DNA of 64,000 bases from an uncultured Gammaproteobacteria bacterium (GCA_964562855.1 CAZLVB010000001.1:3614-67613); one strand, 5' to 3'; shown: positions 53,560 through 61,710, numbered from the stretch's first letter. The notes: generated from the sequence alone by a model not told the origin. A program made the numbers and translations.

Positions 53560-54468
53560 TCATTTCCGATAAAAATCGATTGTTCTTTTCAAGCCCTCGG
53601 TAAGATCTACTTTGGCTTTCCAGCCGACAGCTTTTTGGAGTTTTTTACTTGAGGCATAATTGGCGGCAACATCACCGGGCCTTTTTCCAAGATCATCAAT
53701 CGGGACCTTATAGCCGACGATTTCGAAAATCTGATCAACTACATCTTTTACTTTAATACCTTTTTCGGTTCCAATATTAAATATGTTAAATCCCGAAAGA
53801 TTCAAAACGTCTATATGAGCTTGTGCCAAATCTTCGATATAAATGAAATCGCGTATTTGTTCTCCCTGCCAGTAAAGTGGGATCGATTTTTTGGCAAGTG
53901 CCCCTTTGATGAAATTTGGGATGGCATGTGTTTCCGGTACATGCCGTTCTCCTGGACCGTATGGATTGAAATAACGCAAAATTATCGTATCGATCCCGTA
54001 AACTGTGTTAAAAGACTGTAAGAACGACTCGATTGACGCTTTACAGGCACCGTATGGATTGTCCGGTCTGACTGGCGCATCTTCTGTGATTGGCAATTTA
54101 TCGGGAGTTCCATAAACACAGGCGCTTGATGAAAAGATAATCTTTTTGACACCAACGTCTCTCATACTTTCCAAGAGCGAGACAGTGCCTATTACGTTAT
54201 TGTTGCAGTAGCCTATCGGGTCTTCGACCGATTCGGGAACGATGATGAGTCCCGCCATATGAATGACAGCATCTATACCCTTAAGCGCCTGTTTTGTCTT
54301 TTTTCCATCCCCTATGTCAGCAATTTGCAGTTTTGCACGTTTATCCACAAGATCTTTGTACCCCCTTTTAAGGTTATCCAAGACGACAACGTCGTGGCCT
54401 TTATCAAGAAGCAATCTTGTTACATAAGAGCCGATAAAGCCAGCACCACCGGTAACTAGAACTCGCAT
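53560..54468 (-). CDS. galE: UDP-glucose 4-epimerase
   Basis: TGGAGFIGS, V.ESV..P, FSSSA.VYG, NPYG..K, LRYFN, RDFI...DLA.AH, RPGD. Confidence 0.82.
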   Translation of the reverse strand: MRVLVTGGAGFIGSYVTRLLLDKGHDVVVLDNLKRGYKDLVDKRAKLQIADIGDGKKTKQALKGIDAVIHMAGLIIVPESVEDPIGYCNNNVIGTVSLLESMRDVGVKKIIFSSSACVYGTPDKLPITEDAPVRPDNPYGACKASIESFLQSFNTVYGIDTIILRYFNPYGPGERHVPETHAIPNFIKGALAKKSIPLYWQGEQIRDFIYIEDLAQAHIDVLNLSGFNIFNIGTEKGIKVKDVVDQIFEIVGYKVPIDDLGKRPGDVAANYASSKKLQKAVGWKAKVDLTEGLKRTIDFYRK

Positions 54469-54788
54469 TAGTCAAATTTACTTTTTTCGTATTTGGGCAA
54501 AACTATTTTACCCTTTTTCCCATTAAGCGGTATGTTAAGAGCATAGGCTAAAGCATTTGCGACAGAAACCCCGACTCTTGTTCCCGTAAACGAACCAGGG
54601 CCAGGATTAACCTCGATAGCTTTTAAATCGGCAAGCGATATTTTTTTCTTTTTTAAAATTTTGACTATCAAAGGCAGCAAAACTTGCGACCCCGGTTTCT
54701 GTTTCTCTACCAGCTGTATGCTGCCGCTTTTGTCGACTAGTTCGACTTTTACTTCTTGTGATTTGGTGGTATCAATTTTAAGAATCAT
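54468..54788 (-). CDS. tsaB: TsaB, half-size form (106 aa)
   Basis: LKIDT, SQ.LLP.I, GPGSFTGTRVG...ANAL; clustered with tsaC and tsaE. Confidence 0.85.
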   Translation of the reverse strand: MILKIDTTKSQEVKVELVDKSGSIQLVEKQKPGSQVLLPLIVKILKKKKISLADLKAIEVNPGPGSFTGTRVGVSVANALAYALNIPLNGKKGKIVLPKYEKSKFD

Positions 54789-54804
54789 CCTTCGGCCTCA
54801 CTCT

Positions 54805-54918
54805 TGTCATTCTCGACCTGATCGAGAATCCAGTTTCTGGATTCCTGCGAGTTTACCCTGAATAGATTCCCGCTTTTCCGCCAGAGGCGGACCCGCCTTT
54901 GGCGGGCGCGGGAATGAC
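54805..54918. repeat. Composite nested REP-like palindromic element overlapping the tsaC 3' end
   Basis: GTC-ATTCTCGA-cctga-TCGAGAAT; GAATCCAG-ttt-CTGGATTC; ATTCCCGC...[CCGCCAGAGGCGG ac CCGCCTTTGGCGG]...GCGGGAAT-GAC. Confidence 0.8.
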
Positions 54919-55551
54919 GGGGTTTCGCGACATAATCTTAACTGCTCCCTGCCTTAAAATTTTTGGTGGACTGACTGTTGCATCCACAACAGTCGATTCG
55001 ATTCCTTTTTGGCATTCACCAGAAATAGTCATGTCAGCGAGCTCAATAAGTTTAGGGTCAAGATCTTTAAACCTTGTGAGAGGCTTTTGACCATGAAAGT
55101 TGGCGGAAGTACCAATGATCGGGATGCCAATTCGATCTATCATTGATTTTACCAAATTCGAATCAGGCATTCGAAAGCCCATTTTGTCTTTTGTGATTTG
55201 ACTTTCAAGAATTACGGTTAACGCTCCGGGCCAATATTTTTTAATTAGCTTTTTGGCAGTCTCACTAATAATTGCCAGTTTTTCTACTTGGGTAATATTT
55301 GAGACTAAAATCGGGAAGGGCTGATCCCCGGGCGTACCTTTAATTTGATAAATACGATCAACTGCTGTCTGATTATCAAATCGGCAGCCGATTCCATAAA
55401 CGGTATCAGTAGGGAAAATGACAACTCCCCCATTCTTCAAGATGGTGGCGGCTTTCTCAAGATCCCTCCCTCTCGCTCCGCTCGAGGTCAGGATGACAGA
55501 AGAGTTTTTTGAAATTTTAAACCCTCCTGTCAATTTTGAAGAGTCTCTCAT
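54853..55551 (-). CDS. tsaC: L-threonylcarbamoyladenylate synthase (TsaC/YrdC, no Sua5 domain)
   Basis: FPTDTVYG, WPGALT, FRMP, TSAN, ESTVVD, LRQG. Confidence 0.92.
   Translation of the reverse strand: MRDSSKLTGGFKISKNSSVILTSSGARGRDLEKAATILKNGGVVIFPTDTVYGIGCRFDNQTAVDRIYQIKGTPGDQPFPILVSNITQVEKLAIISETAKKLIKKYWPGALTVILESQITKDKMGFRMPDSNLVKSMIDRIGIPIIGTSANFHGQKPLTRFKDLDPKLIELADMTISGECQKGIESTVVDATVSPPKILRQGAVKIMSRNPVIPAPAKGGSASGGKAGIYSG
55460..55498. repeat. REP-like element, in frame in the tsaC N-terminus
   Basis: Minus strand TGTCATCCTGACCTCGAGCGGAGCGAGAGGGAGGGATCT (VILTSSGARGRDL); same GTCAT(C/T)C terminus as the 54805-54918 elements. Confidence 0.7.
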
Positions 55552-55945
55552 TTTCTGAAAGTGATTTTATAGAAATATCGATTCTTTTTTTGGGCAAAAA
55601 CTTTTTAATTTTCTCTGCCCATTCAACAGCTACAATAGTGTCAGAGTTGAACAGTTCTTCCAGTCCAAGATTTGTAAAATCATCTGCTTCTGATCTGTAT
55701 AAATCCAAATGGTGAAAAGTTAATTTTTTGGCTTGTATCATTATAGGATAGGACCTTAAAATTACAAAAGTCGGAGAAAGAACTCTAGTTTTTACACCCA
55801 GGCTCTTTGCTAATGCCTGAACAAAGATAGTTTTGCCTGCACCTAAATCTCCATACAGGGCGATAGTTTCACCGCCTTTGAGAGTATTTGCAATTTTTTT
55901 GGCTATCTGGTGTGTTTGATATGCTGATCGAGTTTTAACTTCCAT
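55517..55945 (-). CDS. tsaE: tRNA threonylcarbamoyladenosine ATPase TsaE
   Basis: GDLGAGKT, SPTF, H.DLYR, VEW.E. Start at ATG 55945. Confidence 0.93.
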   Translation of the reverse strand: MEVKTRSAYQTHQIAKKIANTLKGGETIALYGDLGAGKTIFVQALAKSLGVKTRVLSPTFVILRSYPIMIQAKKLTFHHLDLYRSEADDFTNLGLEELFNSDTIVAVEWAEKIKKFLPKKRIDISIKSLSENERLFKIDRRV

Positions 55946-56298
55946 ATGATATATGCACAAATATTAGCACCGGTTATGTCAAAACCCAAATCATATAGAG
56001 CCATGTTTCTGCCCGGGACTAGGCTTTGATGATACTCATCTGAAACAGCATAAGCTAAAGTCAGAACGAACGAGACAATATAATTTTTTTGAGTCGCCCT
56101 AAACAATAGAAAGAACAGGATCGCGTATTCTGTTACATGAGCGATTTTCTTTGCGACAAAGTCCCATAAAAAGAATTGGCTCACGGAAATTTGTGGAATC
56201 GATGAAAATATAAAAATTACTACCGCCCATAAAATAACAGGCAGCCATCTTGAGGCTGCCGATTTGGCGTTTATGAGATTTGCAAGTTGTTTTCTCAA
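55903..56298 (-). CDS. VanZ-like membrane protein
   Basis: W..VIF.FSS, KK.AH..EYAIL, YA.SDEYHQ..VPGR.....D...D. Confidence 0.85.
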   Translation of the reverse strand: MRKQLANLINAKSAASRWLPVILWAVVIFIFSSIPQISVSQFFLWDFVAKKIAHVTEYAILFFLLFRATQKNYIVSFVLTLAYAVSDEYHQSLVPGRNMALYDLGFDITGANICAYIIWKLKLDQHIKHTR

Positions 56299-57191
56299 TT
56301 TATATCTTTGCCCTCTTCTTTGTTATGTTCCTTATTTAAAGTCTTATTGTAAAGGACAAAGAAGCCAATTGACAAACCAATAAGAGTAACACCGGAGCCG
56401 GTTAACATAGCGGCAATTTTTGTTTTAGAAGATCCTTTTTGCTCCTCACTTGAGGTTGACTGTATCGGAGAGGCTTCCGGCGTAGAAGCCAGTAACAATT
56501 GCTCCTCTGTTTTATTCCCTAATACTTGGCTTGGAGTACTAATCGGTGTAGATTTTGCAACTGCTGCCGACGGTTTTGGTGTCGGCGTCGGGGATTTTGT
56601 TGAAGATGTTTGATTCGTGGAAGTTGGAGCAGGAGTTGGTGATGGTGACGGAGTGGGCATAGGTACTTGCTCAAAGGTAAAATTATCAAAATAAGCAATT
56701 GTTTGGGTAGTCGAAGAGAAAGCAGCAACTCCCTTAACTCTTGCTGAGTTGGCAGCATCCGGCGCGATTATAGCTTCGGTTGAGAGTAACTGATAAGAAG
56801 AGTTATTTTCTGTCAGCGTTATTGTTGAATCGTTATGGCTCAATTCTGAACCGCTGCCATTTGATGAAGAGTACCAAGCCACCCGTAATAAGATAGATGC
56901 AATATTATTATCATTTTTTAAGACGTAGCCAGAAAACGCATATGCTAGCCCTCCCGTTACTGGAATAATTTGATAAATCCATTTTGTACTTTGAGTCGAA
57001 CTTATAAATTTGGCTGCACTACTGCCGTTGTTAACCGGACTTGATGTAACTTGTAGATCACCACCATATTTTGACCAATTATTAATACCATCCTCAAAAT
57101 CCGCATTCGATAAAAGATTAGCAGCAAAAACTGTCTGGTGAAAAAATAGAAAAAGTACAAGAGCAAAAAGATAGGCAACTCTTTTGGGCAT
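56295..57191 (-). CDS. Membrane-anchored surface protein: CBM_4_9/galactose-binding-like domain, Pro/Thr/Ser linker, C-terminal TM
   Basis: Signal peptide (..TVFA/AN), NLLSNADFEDG...W...YFDN.TF, PTPSPSPTPAPT linker, C-terminal TM plus a charged tail. Confidence 0.7.
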   Translation of the reverse strand: MPKRVAYLFALVLFLFFHQTVFAANLLSNADFEDGINNWSKYGGDLQVTSSPVNNGSSAAKFISSTQSTKWIYQIIPVTGGLAYAFSGYVLKNDNNIASILLRVAWYSSSNGSGSELSHNDSTITLTENNSSYQLLSTEAIIAPDAANSARVKGVAAFSSTTQTIAYFDNFTFEQVPMPTPSPSPTPAPTSTNQTSSTKSPTPTPKPSAAVAKSTPISTPSQVLGNKTEEQLLLASTPEASPIQSTSSEEQKGSSKTKIAAMLTGSGVTLIGLSIGFFVLYNKTLNKEHNKEEGKDIN

Positions 57192-57301
57192 TAGCCCAAA
57201 AAATATAGTTTTTGGTAAGCTTTGTCAATGATCAAGTACTGCAAACAAAAATTCCATTTTTTCGCTATGGCGAGTTTTTGGAATATTTTTTCGCCTTAGA
57301 G

Positions 57302-58450
57302 TTACGGAATGTGCCAGTAGAGGGTGACAACATCATTACCATGATCAACTATCACCCCTTTTCCAACAGTACCAGTTAGGTCGCAGGATGCGGTGTCTGA
57401 AGCGCGGTATGCTGTTCCCCCTTCAGCAGCATAAATGGGTCGTCCCCAAGTAGGTCCTTCACTAAAAGGATAAGCGAAATCTATGCCGGTGTGTATGCCT
57501 CGAAAATAGGGTTCGGCAAATTTTGTAGTAATTATGCTACCAGGCAAAGGGTGCTGAAATCTCCCACTATTAATATAGTCCATCGGATTCACTTTATTTT
57601 GCATACCGATAACTTTGCCACCTTCCACTTTAGCAGGAGTCATAACTTCAAAATGGAGATGCGGCCCAGTCGAACAACCTGTATTGCCAACGAAAGCTAT
57701 AACATCACTCCGATCGACAGGACCAACTTTTACGCCGACATTTCCAAGGGCTCTAGCAATTGAAGCAGCGTCTGCCTGAAGTTTGCGCAGTTCTTCTTGA
57801 TATTTCTTCTCATCGTTCTGAGTGATTCTTAAAAAGTCGTCCTTTTCCCTTTTTTGGCTGGCTAGAAGTACGTTGGCGGCATCTAACTTTTTCTTAGCTT
57901 CTTCAATTTGCGTCTGTTTGTCTTCTCTGTCTTCTTTCTGATTGCTGTAGTTTGCCTTCGTCGACTGCAGGTCTGCCAAAATCTTCTTGTCATTTTCCTG
58001 TACTTGTTTAACGTACTGAAGCCTAAGTATCAGATCAGAAAAATCGCGGGAAGTTAAAAGGAGTTCGATATTAGAGACAAAACTTTGCTGGTATGTTGCA
58101 ACAATACGCTGTTTTAAAAGAACCTCAAGTCTGTTAACCGAATCGGTAATGTAGCCGATTCTAAAACCTAAGACTCCTATTTCTTTTTCCAGCTGATCAA
58201 TTTTGGCCTGGGCTTCTTCGATCCTCAGCTCCGTAAGCTTGATTTGGCTGTTGATAAACGTTATTTGCTCAGCCAAGTCGCGTTCTGTCTTTTGAAGTTC
58301 TGAAATCTTCGCAGAGACTTCGGCTATCTTCTTCTGAATTTCCTGGTATTTATCGACTTCTGATTGAGCGAAAACAGCGACCGCGAAAAAAGAACTTATG
58401 AGTATAATTAAAAGCAGCAGGAAAATCTTGGGCAGAAACTTTTTGACCAT
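57302..58450 (-). CDS. FtsEX-associated coiled-coil M23 peptidase with a circularly permuted catalytic domain
   Basis: Signal peptide, long coiled coil, then GNTGCSTGPHLHFEV before HTGID...GRPIYAA..G...G.GVIVDH....TLYWH. Confidence 0.85.
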   Translation of the reverse strand: MVKKFLPKIFLLLLIILISSFFAVAVFAQSEVDKYQEIQKKIAEVSAKISELQKTERDLAEQITFINSQIKLTELRIEEAQAKIDQLEKEIGVLGFRIGYITDSVNRLEVLLKQRIVATYQQSFVSNIELLLTSRDFSDLILRLQYVKQVQENDKKILADLQSTKANYSNQKEDREDKQTQIEEAKKKLDAANVLLASQKREKDDFLRITQNDEKKYQEELRKLQADAASIARALGNVGVKVGPVDRSDVIAFVGNTGCSTGPHLHFEVMTPAKVEGGKVIGMQNKVNPMDYINSGRFQHPLPGSIITTKFAEPYFRGIHTGIDFAYPFSEGPTWGRPIYAAEGGTAYRASDTASCDLTGTVGKGVIVDHGNDVVTLYWHIP

Positions 58451-58460
58451 ATTTTAAATT

Positions 58461-59336
58461 TTACCTAACTTTTAAATATCTGAACAAGGCAATCGTGGCG
58501 CCGGCAATTCCCACAAATGCGGCGACTAATGCCTCTCCTGCCCAAAGATAGACAAAGAAAAGAGGGCTAATTGGGAAAACCTCTATGGGGCTTAGAATCT
58601 TTTGAATATTCGGTGAATAAAATAAAAGAAGCGAATACGTGATAGTTGTAGCTAGTGTTGCACCAATAATTCCATAGATTGCCCCTTCTATAAAAAATGG
58701 CCTTGCAATATACCATTTCGTTGCGCCTACTAAACTCATTATAGAAATTTCGTCACGACGGATAGCAATTCTCATACCTACTACCATTATTATTATAAGG
58801 AAGGAAACAGCGGTTAGGCTCGCAATAAAGACGATACCTCCAATTTTCAAAACATTTAAAGTCCTGCTTAAACCTTCCGCAGCCTGCTCAGAAAGACTAA
58901 CAACCTGATCAACTTCCTCTCTGCTCTCAACCGCCTTTTTAATTTCTATGATGCCTTCTGGTTTTGTAACCGCAATCTGAATTGACCTTGGAAGAAAATC
59001 TGAAGTTACCGATTCGAGCAGTTGAGGATCATTTTTAAATCTTTCTCGGTAAATTGCCAGAGCTTCCTCTTTGGAAATCACTTTTATCTCTTTAGAAAAC
59101 CCGGTATTTCTTACGATTTCAATAGTTTGCGAAATTTGGGAATCATTTGCTTCATCTTTGAAAAATACATTTACTTCTGGCCGCTCCTGAAGATCTTTGA
59201 GAACCAATTGACCACCAAAAATCAAGATTACAAAGATGGAAGAAACAAAGAATGTCAAAGACATAGCAAGGGCCGCCGCCAGTGCTTGATATGGGCTGCG
59301 CCTGAGAAGTTTTATCGTTTTTTTAACCTGATTCAT
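58461..59336 (-). CDS. ftsX: Cell division permease FtsX
   Basis: Four-TM layout; SKEEAL, RRDEI.IM.LVGAT.WYI.RPF..EG. Confidence 0.92.
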   Translation of the reverse strand: MNQVKKTIKLLRRSPYQALAAALAMSLTFFVSSIFVILIFGGQLVLKDLQERPEVNVFFKDEANDSQISQTIEIVRNTGFSKEIKVISKEEALAIYRERFKNDPQLLESVTSDFLPRSIQIAVTKPEGIIEIKKAVESREEVDQVVSLSEQAAEGLSRTLNVLKIGGIVFIASLTAVSFLIIIMVVGMRIAIRRDEISIMSLVGATKWYIARPFFIEGAIYGIIGATLATTITYSLLLFYSPNIQKILSPIEVFPISPLFFVYLWAGEALVAAFVGIAGATIALFRYLKVR

Positions 59337-60009
59337 ATTTACCTTCTTTTTCGTCTTTTGTTAATTTACCCTCTTCGAGAACCACAACCCTCTTTTTAAA
59401 ATGGTTGACTATCGATGCATTGTGCGTTGCCATTAAAACAGTAGTTTTGTCTTCCTTATTTATTTTATCCAAAAGCGAGACTACGCTCAAAGCGGTTTTG
59501 GGGTCAAGATCGGCTGTTGGCTCATCTGCAAGAAGTATTTGCGGATTTGAAATTATGGCCCTGGCAATCGCCGTTCTTTGAACTTCGCCGCCGGAAAGCT
59601 CTGCCGGGAATCTTTCTGCTTTTTCCAAAAGTCCGACTTTATCAAGCACACCGGATACCTCCTTTTCGATATCAGATTCCTTTTTGGAGAGAACTTCCAA
59701 AGGCAGTGCTACATTTTCAAAAACCGTCCTTGTTAAAAGTAACTTAAAATCTTGAAACACTGTGCCTATCTGTCTTCGCAGGCCGGGAATTTTTGCTTGG
59801 GGAAGTAAAAAGATGTCTTCGTCACCAATTAAAATTCTGCCACTTGTCGGTGAAATTTCCCTAGTTATTAATTTCAAAAGCGTGGATTTTCCAGCACCAC
59901 TTGGTCCAACAATAAAAACGAATTCTCCATCGGTAATTTTTAGGTCAACATCCTCTAAGGCAATTTGATCACCTGCGTATTTTTTTGTAACAGCTTCGAA
60001 TTTAAGCAT
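59323..60009 (-). CDS. ftsE: Cell division ATP-binding protein FtsE
   Basis: GPSGAGKST, LRR.IG.VFQDFKLL, LSGGE.QR, LADEPT, MATH. Confidence 0.95.
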   Translation of the reverse strand: MLKFEAVTKKYAGDQIALEDVDLKITDGEFVFIVGPSGAGKSTLLKLITREISPTSGRILIGDEDIFLLPQAKIPGLRRQIGTVFQDFKLLLTRTVFENVALPLEVLSKKESDIEKEVSGVLDKVGLLEKAERFPAELSGGEVQRTAIARAIISNPQILLADEPTADLDPKTALSVVSLLDKINKEDKTTVLMATHNASIVNHFKKRVVVLEEGKLTKDEKEGKYESG

Positions 60010-60026
60010 GGGGCAGTAGCGTATAG

Positions 60027-60503
60027 TTAATCGACAACTTCAACTTTACCAACATCCATAAGCCAGCCAACCTGGGAAGAGCCAAATGTCTCACCAAAAA
60101 CCTTTACTTTTTTGCCCATGTATTCGTCAAGATCCAGAACGCTTGACGTCAGATAAGCGGTCTGGCTTTCTCCCCCCGGCCTGATCAGGCGATGAGTGCC
60201 CTGAGCATACTTGTCGAGCTTGTCATTTTTTTCCACAACCCCTTCTGTCTCGTCCCTAAAAGTCTGGTTAAAGGATTGTTTCTGCTCGCCTGTTAATGTT
60301 TCCTCTGAAAGTGCGGCTTTTTGAGTTTCTGCAGCTATTTTTTTTCTGGATGATAATACTAATCCCGAAAAAATTCCTGCTGCTATTACTACAAAAATAA
60401 TGAATATAGGTAAAAATTTAGCCGTTAAATTTGCCCTTTGGGGAACTTTTCTGAGAAGTGATGTGACCGGTGAAGTTTTTGCTAGATTTTGATCATCTGT
60501 CAT
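60027..60503 (-). CDS. Single-TM hypothetical protein with a small beta-rich (OB-like) C-terminal domain
   Basis: 158 aa; one TM, then GTHRL.RPGG..QT.YLTSS.LDL....GKKV.V.G......GWLMDV..V. Confidence 0.65.
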   Translation of the reverse strand: MTDDQNLAKTSPVTSLLRKVPQRANLTAKFLPIFIIFVVIAAGIFSGLVLSSRKKIAAETQKAALSEETLTGEQKQSFNQTFRDETEGVVEKNDKLDKYAQGTHRLIRPGGESQTAYLTSSVLDLDEYMGKKVKVFGETFGSSQVGWLMDVGKVEVVD

Positions 60504-60526
60504 TTTAGATATTTTGGTTCCCAGTA

Positions 60527-60538
60527 ATTATATCAGCA
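60527..60538 (-). promoter_or_regulatory. Extended -10 element (TGCTGATATAAT)
   Basis: Same 12-mer as at 43027-43038; 23 nt upstream of the ATG at 60503. Confidence 0.55.
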
Positions 60539-60579
60539 CTAAGCTTAGAGCGACAACTATTTAGGTGTTAAGCGAAAGC

Positions 60580-61659
60580 TCACTTTTGCCCTAGGGTAAG
60601 CTCCTTCTTTATAAACTCTTCAAGATCACCATCCAATACTTGTTGTGCCTGCGTAGTTTCGTAACCCGTTCTTAAATCCTTAACAAGTTTATATGGATGT
60701 AAAACATAAGACCTGATTTGATTACCCCAGCCTGGCGTGACATGGCTGCCTTTTATCTTTTCTTTTTTCTCTTTTTCTTCTTTCTGCGCCAGGACCCAAA
60801 GCTTGGCTTTCAAGAGTTTTAAGGCGTTTTCCCTGTTTTGCGCCTGATATCTTTGAGTTTGGCAAGTTACGGTGATGCCGGTGGGGATGTGCTTTAGGCG
60901 GACAGCGGTAGATACCTTGTTAACATTTTGGCCTCCATGACCTCCCGATCTAAAGGCCTCAAACTCTAAATCTTCCGGCTTAATATCAATATCCTCAATT
61001 TCTTCGATTTGTGGCATAATTTCCACTAGGGCAAAAGACGTTTGTCTTAAATTAGCAGAATTAAACGGGGATTGTCTGACTAGGCGATGGACACCGGCCT
61101 CTGACTTGAGTAGTCCGTAGGCATAATCCTCATTGATATTAACTGAAACAGTTTTAAAACCGGCCTCTTCACCGGGTACTTCGTCAATTAATTCATAATT
61201 CCAGTCCTTTTGAGTAAAATATTTTTGGTACATACGGGCAAGCATGGCCACCCAATCCATTGCCTCCACTCCTCCCTGCCCGGCATGAATCGATAAGATT
61301 GCAGAATTTGCGTCGTATGGGCCAGAAAGAAACATTTTCTCCTCTAAATCAACAATTTTGTTTTCAAGGCCTTTCATCTCTTTTGTGAGATCGCTTAAAC
61401 CTTGTTCATCGGCAACTTCTATGAGAGTTTTAAGATCGGCAAGCTCCTTGTTTAATGAATCATATTTTTCTATCTCTCCTGTCAGGCTGGCTATTTTTCT
61501 CATCACTTCCTGTGCTTTTTGATGGTTTTTCCAAAACCCAGGCGAAAGTGATTCTGTTTCCAAATTCTTCAATTGATTTTGAGCCTGATCGCGCTTAAAG
61601 CTTTGTTTAATCCGTGTGTAGCGATCTTCCAGTTCTTGTAACTTTTGTATAAAATCCAT
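60580..61659 (-). CDS. prfB: Peptide chain release factor 2 (uninterrupted ORF)
   Basis: [28 protein letters not shown]. Start at ATG 61659 because the TTG at 61668 overlaps the -10. Confidence 0.95.
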   Translation of the reverse strand: MDFIQKLQELEDRYTRIKQSFKRDQAQNQLKNLETESLSPGFWKNHQKAQEVMRKIASLTGEIEKYDSLNKELADLKTLIEVADEQGLSDLTKEMKGLENKIVDLEEKMFLSGPYDANSAILSIHAGQGGVEAMDWVAMLARMYQKYFTQKDWNYELIDEVPGEEAGFKTVSVNINEDYAYGLLKSEAGVHRLVRQSPFNSANLRQTSFALVEIMPQIEEIEDIDIKPEDLEFEAFRSGGHGGQNVNKVSTAVRLKHIPTGITVTCQTQRYQAQNRENALKLLKAKLWVLAQKEEKEKKEKIKGSHVTPGWGNQIRSYVLHPYKLVKDLRTGYETTQAQQVLDGDLEEFIKKELTLGQK

Positions 61660-61667
61660 AGCAGCCA

Positions 61668-61678
61668 ATTATACAGCA
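61668..61678 (-). promoter_or_regulatory. -10 element (TGCTGTATAAT), 8 nt upstream of the prfB ATG
   Basis: TATAAT with the recurring upstream TGCTG. Confidence 0.55.
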
Positions 61679-61710
61679 AAAAACTGCTGAAACATGAGCT
61701 TTAGGGAGCT

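Noticed and set aside
55903-56298. Glycopeptide-resistance locus
   Set aside because: VanZ-like proteins are widespread and no vanHAX/RS genes are present.
56560-56660. DNA tandem repeat in the Pro/Thr linker
   Set aside because: Low complexity is at the protein level with varied codons; no exact nucleotide unit.
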